Source: an uncultured Thermodesulfobacteriota bacterium (GTDB lineage Bacteria; Desulfobacterota; GWC2-55-46; JADFVP01). From it: 64,000 nt of DNA. Both the position numbers and the translations under genes were made by a program. This document shows, piece by piece, positions 53,826-61,171 of this stretch; positions within the stretch are counted from its first letter, which is position 1; each line of letters opens with the position of its first letter. The notes under the pieces were generated by a model. That model was not told the origin of the DNA and ran no database searches. It saw nothing but the letters and a program-made list of their open reading frames with translations. The DNA is taken from NCBI GenBank assembly GCA_964567185.1, contig CAZMKZ010000004.1:342-64341 (forward strand), given 5' to 3'.

Positions 53826-54785
53826 ATGAACATGGACAGTCAGCAGGAAAAATGTGGCGCGGGCCACGGCGAGAGGAGGGTCAAGAGGAGGCTCGCCGTC
53901 TCCACAGCCCTTACGGGGCTTATATTCTTTGTGGAGCTTCTCGGTGGATACCTGACTAACAGCCTCGCCCTCATGACCGACGCGGCACATGTCTTCATGG
54001 ACGTATTCGCCCTGGGTCTTACCCTTTCAGCCATATACATATCAGAGCTTCCGCCTACGGAAAAACGGACCTACGGCTTTCACAGGGTAGAGGTCTTTGT
54101 CTCTTTTATAAACAGCCTCAGCCTACTGCTGATAACCATCTTCGTCTTTTACAGCGCCTACACGAGGATACTCCATCCAAGAGAGGTGGAGAGTACGGGC
54201 ATGTTCGTAGTAGCCCTCGCAGGCCTTGTGGTAAACATTCTTGTGGCCATGTGGCTTGCCCCCCTCTCCTCCGGTGACCTTAACATAAAGAGCGCCTTTC
54301 TCCATGTGGCAGGCGATGCCGCGGCCTCTGTGGGCGTTATCATAGCCGCTGTCGTCATATATTACACGGGCTGGACCACAATAGACCCCCTCATAAGCAT
54401 ATCCATATGCGTGATTCTCCTCTTCAGCGTATGGCGCATATTAAGGGACTCGTCAAACATACTCCTTGAGGGCGTGCCCTCGGGCGTGGACATTACGAAG
54501 GTGCTAAAAGACATGACCGCCACGCGCGGCGTGGCCAGTGTGCACGACCTCCATATATGGAGCATCTGCCACAACGTATACGCCATGAGCGCCCACATAG
54601 ACATAACCGAGGGCGAGAGGTGGAGAATGGGCGCCATATATAAAGAGTTGAATGAAAATCTTGCCCGTGACCACCATATCTTCTATACTACCTTACAGGC
54701 CGAGTGCATAGGGTGCGAGAGCCCCGGACTCTTCGGCAGTGTCTCTCACAGGGGGCACGAGCAGGGACACGGACATCTGCACTGA
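53826..54785 (+). CDS. Cation diffusion facilitator (CzcD/ZitB-like) transporter
   Basis: LALMTDAAHVFMDVFALG, LHVAGDAAASVG, and His-rich C-terminus SHRGHEQGHGHLH. Starts 10 nt after modC. Confidence 0.85.
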   Translation: MNMDSQQEKCGAGHGERRVKRRLAVSTALTGLIFFVELLGGYLTNSLALMTDAAHVFMDVFALGLTLSAIYISELPPTEKRTYGFHRVEVFVSFINSLSLLLITIFVFYSAYTRILHPREVESTGMFVVALAGLVVNILVAMWLAPLSSGDLNIKSAFLHVAGDAAASVGVIIAAVVIYYTGWTTIDPLISISICVILLFSVWRILRDSSNILLEGVPSGVDITKVLKDMTATRGVASVHDLHIWSICHNVYAMSAHIDITEGERWRMGAIYKELNENLARDHHIFYTTLQAECIGCESPGLFGSVSHRGHEQGHGHLH

Positions 54786-54832
54786 TTGATACTGAACGGA
54801 TATACTAAAAAACTTCAGGAGGTGGTAGTACT

Positions 54833-57307
54833 ATGGCAAAACCAGAGAGGCTTGATGTCTCCGAACTCGCCGAGCTCTGCGACCCGTCGGGATTTTCCTT
54901 CGAGACCACAAAGGAGCTACCGTCTCTTCATGAGATAATAGGCCAGGACAGGGCCATCGGGGCCATAGAGTTCGGCCTCGGGATAAGAAACAGCTCATAT
55001 AATATCTTTGTCCTCGGCGAGGGCGGCACGGGCAAGCATACTACTGTAATGGATTTCATAAAGAAGAAGGCCGCCGAGGAGACCAGCCCTGACGACTGGT
55101 GTTATGTGCATAATTTCATCGAGCCCGACGCGCCTCTTGCCATAGAACTGCCGCCCGGCAAGGGCGGACTTCTTGTGCGGGAGATGGATGGGCTTATAGC
55201 CTCCCTGAAGCGCGATATCCCTCAGGTCTTTGAGACAAAGGACTACGAGAGCCACAGGGACGAGATTCTGGACGGACAGCAGGAGAGGACGAAGGCCATA
55301 TTCTCAAGGCTTGAAAAGAACGCCGCCGAATACGGCCTCATGCTCCGAAAGACCTCCTCGGGCCTTGCCGTGGTTCCCGCTAAAGACGGCAAGCCCATGA
55401 GCCAGGAGGATTTTGAAAAACTCCCGGCAGGAAAAAAATCCGAGATAGAAGAGAGCCTCAAGGTCCTTCAGGACAAGCTCTCGGCCTCCATACGCGAGGC
55501 AAGGAAGATAGAGAAGGAAACAAGAGAGAGGATAGCCGCCCTTGAGACGGAGATGGTCCAGTATGTAGTAAACCCCATAATAACGGAGCTTACTGAAAAG
55601 TTTGATGAGTTCAAGAAGGTGGTGGATTTTCTTGCCAATGTAAAGGCCCATATATTCGCCAATCTTGATGACTTCAAGCCAAAGGAGCCCATGCCGCTGG
55701 CCCTTGGCGGGCTGGGCATCCAGAAGCAGGAGCCCCCCTATGAGAGATACAGGGTAAACCTCATAGTAAACAACCGCGATGTCAAGGGCGCGCCCGTGGT
55801 CTTCGAGTCCAACCCCACATATTATAACCTCTTCGGGCGTCTGGAGTTCAAGGTGCAGATGGGAGTGGCCTCAACGGACTTTACCCTGATAAAGGGAGGC
55901 TCCATCCACAGGGCCAACGGCGGCTATCTTGTGATAAACGCCCTTGATGTCTTGAAGAATATATTTGTTTACGACTCCATAAAGAGGATGATTAAGAACA
56001 GGGAGATAAAGATAGAGGATGTCTGGGAGCAATACAAACTTGTCTCCACATCTACGCTTAAGCCCGAGGCCATACCAGTTGACATAAAGATAGTATTGAT
56101 AGGCGACCCTTTTCTGTACTACCTCCTTTACAGGCAGGACAGGGAGTACAGGAAGCTCTTCAAGGTGAAGGCCGACTTTGAGAGTATAATGCCGAGGGAC
56201 AAGACGAACGCTGAAAAGTACGCCTATTTTATTACGGCCTGCTGCGGCAAAGACTCGCTGAAGCCCTTTGACAAGACGGGCGTTGCCAGGGTGGTGGAGC
56301 ATGGCTCACGGCTTGCCGGCCAGAAGAACAAGCTCTCCACACGCTTTAACGATATACAGAACCTTGTGGAAGAGGCAAGCTACTGGGCCGGCGCAGACGG
56401 CGCGGAGTTTGTTACCCGCGAACACGTGGAACGGGCCCTGAATGAAAAGGTCCGCCGACATTCGCGCATCGAGGACCGCCTGAGAGAGTTTATCGAGGAA
56501 GACACCATCATGGTGCAGACCGAGGGCGAGGCAGTGGGGCAGATTAACGGCCTTGCCGTCCTGAGCCTCGGTGATTATATTTTTGGAAAACCCTCGCGCA
56601 TAACGGCCCGCACCTACATGGGCGACACCGGGGTTGTGAATATAGAGCGCGAGGCCAAGATGAGCGGCAGAATTCACAACAAGGCCCATATGATACTGAA
56701 GAGTTTTCTCGGCGCGAAGTTTGCCAACGGCTTTCCCCTTACGCTCTCGGCCTCGGTATGTTTTGAGCAGTTATACGAGGGTATCGAGGGCGACAGCGCC
56801 ACCTGTGCCGAAGTTTATTCTCTGCTTTCGAGCCTTTCCGGAATACCCATCAAGCAGGGCCTTGCCATCACCGGCTCCATGAATCAGAAGGGCGAGGTCC
56901 AGCCCATCGGCGGGGTGAATGAAAAGATAGAGGGCTTCTTTGATGTCTGCGTGGCAAAGGGGCTTACGGGCGAGCAGGGCGTCATCATACCGGGCAGGAA
57001 CGTAAGGAACCTTATGCTCAAGGTAGAGGTGCGAGAGGCCGTGGAGGCGGGCAAGTTCGCCATCTACTCCATAGACGACATCAATGAGGGCATTGAGATA
57101 CTTACGGGCACTACGGCGGGCACGCGCGGAGCCGACGGCAAGTACCCCGCGGGCACGGTAAACCGCAAGGTAGAGGACAGGCTCCGTGAGCTCGCAAAGG
57201 GCTACAAGGCCTTCGGGCGGCCCAAGACGGCCAAAAAGAAATCAAAGGCCGATGGTAATAACGGAAATGAGAACGGGGACAACAACGGCGAAGATAAGAA
57301 GGCCTGA
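54833..57307 (+). CDS. Lon-related protease with AAA+ module and long helical insertion (LonB/LonC-like)
   Basis: Walker A GEGGTGKHT and a ~150-aa charged coiled insertion. C-terminal Lon protease domain IEGDSATCAEVYSLLSSLSG and ITGSMNQKGEVQPIGGVNEKIEGFF. AGGAGGTGG Shine-Dalgarno. Confidence 0.8.
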   Translation: MAKPERLDVSELAELCDPSGFSFETTKELPSLHEIIGQDRAIGAIEFGLGIRNSSYNIFVLGEGGTGKHTTVMDFIKKKAAEETSPDDWCYVHNFIEPDAPLAIELPPGKGGLLVREMDGLIASLKRDIPQVFETKDYESHRDEILDGQQERTKAIFSRLEKNAAEYGLMLRKTSSGLAVVPAKDGKPMSQEDFEKLPAGKKSEIEESLKVLQDKLSASIREARKIEKETRERIAALETEMVQYVVNPIITELTEKFDEFKKVVDFLANVKAHIFANLDDFKPKEPMPLALGGLGIQKQEPPYERYRVNLIVNNRDVKGAPVVFESNPTYYNLFGRLEFKVQMGVASTDFTLIKGGSIHRANGGYLVINALDVLKNIFVYDSIKRMIKNREIKIEDVWEQYKLVSTSTLKPEAIPVDIKIVLIGDPFLYYLLYRQDREYRKLFKVKADFESIMPRDKTNAEKYAYFITACCGKDSLKPFDKTGVARVVEHGSRLAGQKNKLSTRFNDIQNLVEEASYWAGADGAEFVTREHVERALNEKVRRHSRIEDRLREFIEEDTIMVQTEGEAVGQINGLAVLSLGDYIFGKPSRITARTYMGDTGVVNIEREAKMSGRIHNKAHMILKSFLGAKFANGFPLTLSASVCFEQLYEGIEGDSATCAEVYSLLSSLSGIPIKQGLAITGSMNQKGEVQPIGGVNEKIEGFFDVCVAKGLTGEQGVIIPGRNVRNLMLKVEVREAVEAGKFAIYSIDDINEGIEILTGTTAGTRGADGKYPAGTVNRKVEDRLRELAKGYKAFGRPKTAKKKSKADGNNGNENGDNNGEDKKA

Positions 57308-57328
57308 GGCCGCGCCCTCACTTCATAT

Positions 57329-57970
57329 ATGCTAATCAGCGAGATATTTTTCAGCCTTCAGGGCGAGTCTACTTTCATGGGGCTTCCATGTGTATTCGTG
57401 AGGCTCGCCGGATGCAACCTGGCCTGCTCGTGGTGTGATACCACTTACGCCCGCAGTACGGATGGCGCAGTCGAGAAAACCGTGGATGAGGTTGTGACGG
57501 AAGTTGAGAGGTTTCCACACGGGCTTATCGAGATTACCGGCGGCGAGCCCCTCCTGCAGGCAGAGACTCCGGCCCTTGCGGCCCGCCTCCTCGATTCATT
57601 CGATACGGTTTTACTTGAGACAAACGGAAGCCTTGATATAAGCCTGGTCCCCGAGGGGGTGGTAAGGGTCGTGGATGTGAAGTGCCCGTCCAGCGGAGTC
57701 TCCGGTAGTTTCAAGATGGAAAATCTTTCAGCCCTCACCCCGGCGGATGAGATAAAATTCGTCATAGGCGATCGTGGAGACTATGAGTTCGCCAGAGATT
57801 TCATCTCCTCCATGGGGGGCGCGGTCAAGGCCGATAAGATTCTCTTTTCTCCCGTAAACGGTACGCTCCCGCCTCCAACCCTTGCCGGGTGGATCCTTGA
57901 TGACAGCTTGCGCGTAAGGTTTCAGCTACAGCTTCATAATTCCATATGGCCCGGGGAAAAGGGAAGGTGA
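57329..57970 (+). CDS. queE: 7-carboxy-7-deazaguanine synthase (radical SAM)
   Basis: ISEIFFSLQGESTFMGLPCVFVRLAGCNLACSWCDTTYA and EITGGEPLLQ. Confidence 0.85.
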   Translation: MLISEIFFSLQGESTFMGLPCVFVRLAGCNLACSWCDTTYARSTDGAVEKTVDEVVTEVERFPHGLIEITGGEPLLQAETPALAARLLDSFDTVLLETNGSLDISLVPEGVVRVVDVKCPSSGVSGSFKMENLSALTPADEIKFVIGDRGDYEFARDFISSMGGAVKADKILFSPVNGTLPPPTLAGWILDDSLRVRFQLQLHNSIWPGEKGR

Positions 57971-57980
57971 GGGCGGCGTT

Positions 57981-58772
57981 GTGTTGATACTCCTTGAGGC
58001 CGCGGCCCTATTTTACTGCCTTCATGTGCTCGTCCTTCTGACGGGGCGCGCCAATAAATGCGTCCTTACCGGGCGCATCGCAACGGGGCTTATCTCAGTT
58101 GGTTTTCTCCTCCACACCATCGCCCTTATCCTGAGGGTTTCTGCCACGGGTCACGCCCCCATGGCGAGTATGTTCGAGACCCTTATCTTTTACGCGTGGG
58201 CCACCGTCCTTGTCACCCTCATCGTAATTTTAAGATACCACGAGCGCATGCCCGGTCTTCTCACCGTGCCCGTGGCCGTGGCGGCCCTTGTCTTCGCCAT
58301 CTCAAGGCATGAGCCGGGCCGGCCTCTTAACCTCATACTGCGCACGCGGTGGTTCGAGTCTCATGTGACGCTATCTTTTGCCGCCTACGCCCTCTTTACG
58401 CTGGCCTTTGCCGGGGCGGTTCTCTATCTTTATGGTTCTTACAGGGATGGCGGGGAGGGCCGTGGAGAAACCCTTAAAAAATACGAGGACATAGCCGGAA
58501 AGGGCGTGCTCTGGGGTTTTCTCCTCTTTTCCGGGGCCATGATATCAGGGGCCGTCTGGGGGTATCTGGCCTGGGGCGCGTACTGGCTCTGGGAGCCAAA
58601 GAGCATCTGGAGTTTTATCCTGTGGTTTTATTACGCCGGGGCCATGCACGCGTGGTACGTAAGAAAGTGGCGCGGCAAGGGCCTATGCGTGGCCACGATA
58701 ATCGGGTTCGGGCTTCTGCTATTTACCTATCTTGGGGTGAGTCTCCTTATGAAGAGCAGTCATAGCTTTTAG
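57981..58772 (+). CDS. ccsA: Cytochrome c assembly protein (CcsA family)
   Basis: Eight helices and Trp-rich motif WGYLAWGAYWLWEPKSIWSFILWFYYAGAMH. GTG start. Confidence 0.75.
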   Translation: MLILLEAAALFYCLHVLVLLTGRANKCVLTGRIATGLISVGFLLHTIALILRVSATGHAPMASMFETLIFYAWATVLVTLIVILRYHERMPGLLTVPVAVAALVFAISRHEPGRPLNLILRTRWFESHVTLSFAAYALFTLAFAGAVLYLYGSYRDGGEGRGETLKKYEDIAGKGVLWGFLLFSGAMISGAVWGYLAWGAYWLWEPKSIWSFILWFYYAGAMHAWYVRKWRGKGLCVATIIGFGLLLFTYLGVSLLMKSSHSF

Positions 58773-58822
58773 GGGAGGGGAGGGCAAGGCAAAAAAGATA
58801 GAAAGGGAAGACGGGTTTTTTT

Positions 58823-58852
58823 CGTAGGTTGGGTTGGTTTTGTCAACCCAAC
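58823..58852 (+). repeat. Palindromic element copy A (GTTGGGT...ACCCAAC hairpin, short loop)
   Basis: CGTAGGTTGGGTTGGTTTTGTCAACCCAACG. It shares the CGTAGGTTGGGT and ACCCAACG ends with copy C. Confidence 0.8.
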
Positions 58853-58873
58853 GGCATTTTTTTCTTTGAAATT

Positions 58874-58904
58874 GTTGGGTTTCGCTTCGCTCTACCCAAC
58901 CTAC
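58874..58904 (-). repeat. Palindromic element copy B
   Basis: GTTGGGTTTCGCTTCGCTCTACCCAACCTAC is the exact (31/31) reverse complement of copy C. Confidence 0.9.
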
Positions 58905-59030
58905 AATGCTCACCGGTCTTGTCAAGTAAACTTATGGCCTGTTCTGCCTTAAAGATATCCTTTACAGGTCCTTCTTGAATCAATTTCGTTAGATGCTGTT
59001 TGCAATTTTCCATTTTATCTCTTTAGCCCC

Positions 59031-59061
59031 GTAGGTTGGGTAGAGCGAAGCGAAACCCAAC
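59031..59061 (+). repeat. Palindromic element copy C
   Basis: GTAGGTTGGGTAGAGCGAAGCGAAACCCAAC. Confidence 0.9.
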
Positions 59062-59142
59062 GATTTAGCCAGCTCCGCAGGCAGGGCACTGCCCACCGTC
59101 CTTTATTCTCCGCTGTCTTGAGACGATTGTTAGCCGTTCTTT

Positions 59143-59763
59143 TTACTTTTTCCTTCTGTACAGAGCATAAACATATGGTCTTGGCTCGTCATAAGGGTTT
59201 ATGTATACATGGTCAAAGTGTGAGATTAGCTCGAATGAGGGACCCAATCTTTCTGATAGTTCTTCAACGGAATACCGGTGAAGCGTGAGGCCCGCGCACT
59301 CGGTGGCGCCTGTTTTTGAAAATTCGGCAAACATGGCGTAGCCTCCGGTTTTTAATGCTGATCTTACATTCTCGAAGTATCCTTTTATGTCGTCTTCATC
59401 TCTTAGAAAATGCAGGACCGCTCGATCTATCCAAATATCAACATCCGGCACCGTGTCCCCGATTGGCTCTGAGATGTCCTGGCAGAGCCATTTAATCCCT
59501 TCGCATTTATCACCCAATCTGTGCTTGACCCTCTTCAGGGCCTCAGCGCTGATATCGTTGAGAACTAATCTCACGCCTTTATTCAGAAGCTCTTCAATCA
59601 AAACCGAAGTCCCGGCGCCCGGAATAAATACCGTGGAACCTTCCCATTCATGGATATGATTCAATAATTTGAATGTTTGAGAGGCGTCTTTTTCATACCA
59701 CCCTAATTTTGAATCCTCTGCGCCTGAAAAGACCGCATCCCAGTGCTTGCTGCTTGATTTCAT
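59143..59763 (-). CDS. Class I SAM-dependent methyltransferase (TPMT/TehB-like small-molecule type)
   Basis: HWDAVF...WYE...VFIPGAGTSVLIEELLNKG...LNDIS motif I/II layout. Visibly A+T-richer than its neighbours. Confidence 0.75.
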   Translation of the reverse strand: MKSSSKHWDAVFSGAEDSKLGWYEKDASQTFKLLNHIHEWEGSTVFIPGAGTSVLIEELLNKGVRLVLNDISAEALKRVKHRLGDKCEGIKWLCQDISEPIGDTVPDVDIWIDRAVLHFLRDEDDIKGYFENVRSALKTGGYAMFAEFSKTGATECAGLTLHRYSVEELSERLGPSFELISHFDHVYINPYDEPRPYVYALYRRKK

Positions 59764-59834
59764 AGCTTCTCCATTATCTTTTTTATGGCTGACTAATATA
59801 AAGTTTCGTCGCTGTCTCGCCCGCCACGCGAAGC

Positions 59835-60233
59835 CTAAAAATGAACTTTCAGGAGGTCAACGGACTCGACCATCTCGTATGTCCGTGTTTTTTTGTCAAA
59901 GGTGGATGAGCTTTTTACAGAGGGCACATGGAGGTTGAATTTGCCTCTCTCTATCTCCCCGAAGGCGCGGTTCTGCACTGCCTCGCTTGTGGCTACACCG
60001 TAGGCTGTGCCGAGGAGTATGCCGGCCCCTATGCCTGTGGGTATGTAACCGAGATTGTCACCGGGATGGTCCGTAATCAGAATCACCGCGCCTGCAACGA
60101 GCCCGCCGAGGGCGCCTCCGTAAATGGCGCTCTTAATGGTATGCGCAAGGGAGTCATCGGCCATGGCCCTTGAACTCATGAGGCAGAAGGCGAAAACCAA
60201 AAAAGCCATGAGAGTTTTTTTGAAAAAATTCAT
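59835..60233 (-). CDS. Secreted glycine-zipper protein
   Basis: Signal peptide MNFFKKTLMAFLVFAFCLMSSRAMA. Glycine-zipper segments YGGALGGLVAGAVIL and GIGAGILLGTAYGVA. Confidence 0.6.
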   Translation of the reverse strand: MNFFKKTLMAFLVFAFCLMSSRAMADDSLAHTIKSAIYGGALGGLVAGAVILITDHPGDNLGYIPTGIGAGILLGTAYGVATSEAVQNRAFGEIERGKFNLHVPSVKSSSTFDKKTRTYEMVESVDLLKVHF

Positions 60234-60388
60234 TCAAGTCACCTCTTAGTTTTTTGTTATTGTCAACAAATAGAAGTTAACGGCTCATCTCATGACTCAA
60301 GAATCAACATCATGAGTTGTTTCGGCACCTGATTTTTATATAACTCAACTCCCACTTCATGTCAAATGAGCGGCCCTGCGTCACCGCA

Positions 60389-61171
60389 TTATTGCCCGTG
60401 GGTCTTCCACCATATTATGGCCGACTTCTTATGTATTTTCGATACAAGCGCGTTGTCTTGCCGTACGAGTTTTTTGGCGAGAAAATCACGGAGCGTTTTA
60501 TCGTGTTCGGCCGTGACAATGCACATGTGTTCCTTCCAGAACTCAAGGGCGTCGTCAAGGGAGTCAAAGGGCTGGTCAAAGTCATACTCCACTATGCGCA
60601 CGTTGGCGAATATACCCAGGTCGTGCAGTGCCTCGTAGGTCTTCATGTAGTCCTTTCTCGGCCCGAATTCCCTGTTGAATACCAGTGGATACAGCTCTTT
60701 ATAGTAGAATTTGTCGGACTTCGGGTCCGCGCTCTCTATTATGAAGACGAACTTCTTCGCCGCCTTGTCCGCCTCTTTAAGAAAATTTACGGACCCCTTT
60801 AAGAGTCCCGGCACGTTGGCGCATATTATTACGTCATGGGGGGCGGTTATTCCCGCCTTCCAGCTTGCCGTAATGGTCTTAAGGTTCGTGAGGCCCTCGC
60901 TCTTTATATCTTCGTCCAGTATGGCTATCATGGCCGGCGCGGGGTCAAGGGCGGTTACGTCTTTACCTGCCCTTGCGATGGGGATGGCAAGGCTTCCGCA
61001 CCCGGCGCCAACGTCCAGAAAGGTCTTCGCGCCATCGCTGTGAGCGAGGATAAATGGGGCCACCGTTGAGGGAAAGGTGGAGCCGGCGAGTCCTTTTTTA
61101 TACCACTTCGCCTTCAGTGTGTTCCAGAAGCCCGGCCTGTCATGGAAGGAATCCGCTCTTTCATTGGTCAT
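60389..61171 (-). CDS. Class I SAM-dependent methyltransferase
   Basis: FLDVGAGCGSLAIPIARAGKDVTALDPAPAMI (motifs I/II). The start overlaps the upstream YhdP-like gene by 11 nt. Confidence 0.75.
   Translation of the reverse strand: MTNERADSFHDRPGFWNTLKAKWYKKGLAGSTFPSTVAPFILAHSDGAKTFLDVGAGCGSLAIPIARAGKDVTALDPAPAMIAILDEDIKSEGLTNLKTITASWKAGITAPHDVIICANVPGLLKGSVNFLKEADKAAKKFVFIIESADPKSDKFYYKELYPLVFNREFGPRKDYMKTYEALHDLGIFANVRIVEYDFDQPFDSLDDALEFWKEHMCIVTAEHDKTLRDFLAKKLVRQDNALVSKIHKKSAIIWWKTHGQ

Noticed and set aside
54833-57970. Lon-like protease plus QueE as a BREX (BrxL) or Dpd-type 7-deazaguanine DNA-modification defence island
   Set aside because: No PglX/BrxC/PglZ-like genes, no DpdA/tgt-like genes, no helicase or nuclease partners. 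The flanks are housekeeping (modABC, CDF, ccsA). It is kept only as a low-interest neighbourhood check.
58719-58925. 68-aa track ORF (…VGWVERSETQQ…), and the 56-codon ORF from 59013
   Set aside because: Large parts of both are just translations of the palindromic repeat elements. The ribosome-binding signals are weak, so they are treated as non-coding repeat DNA.
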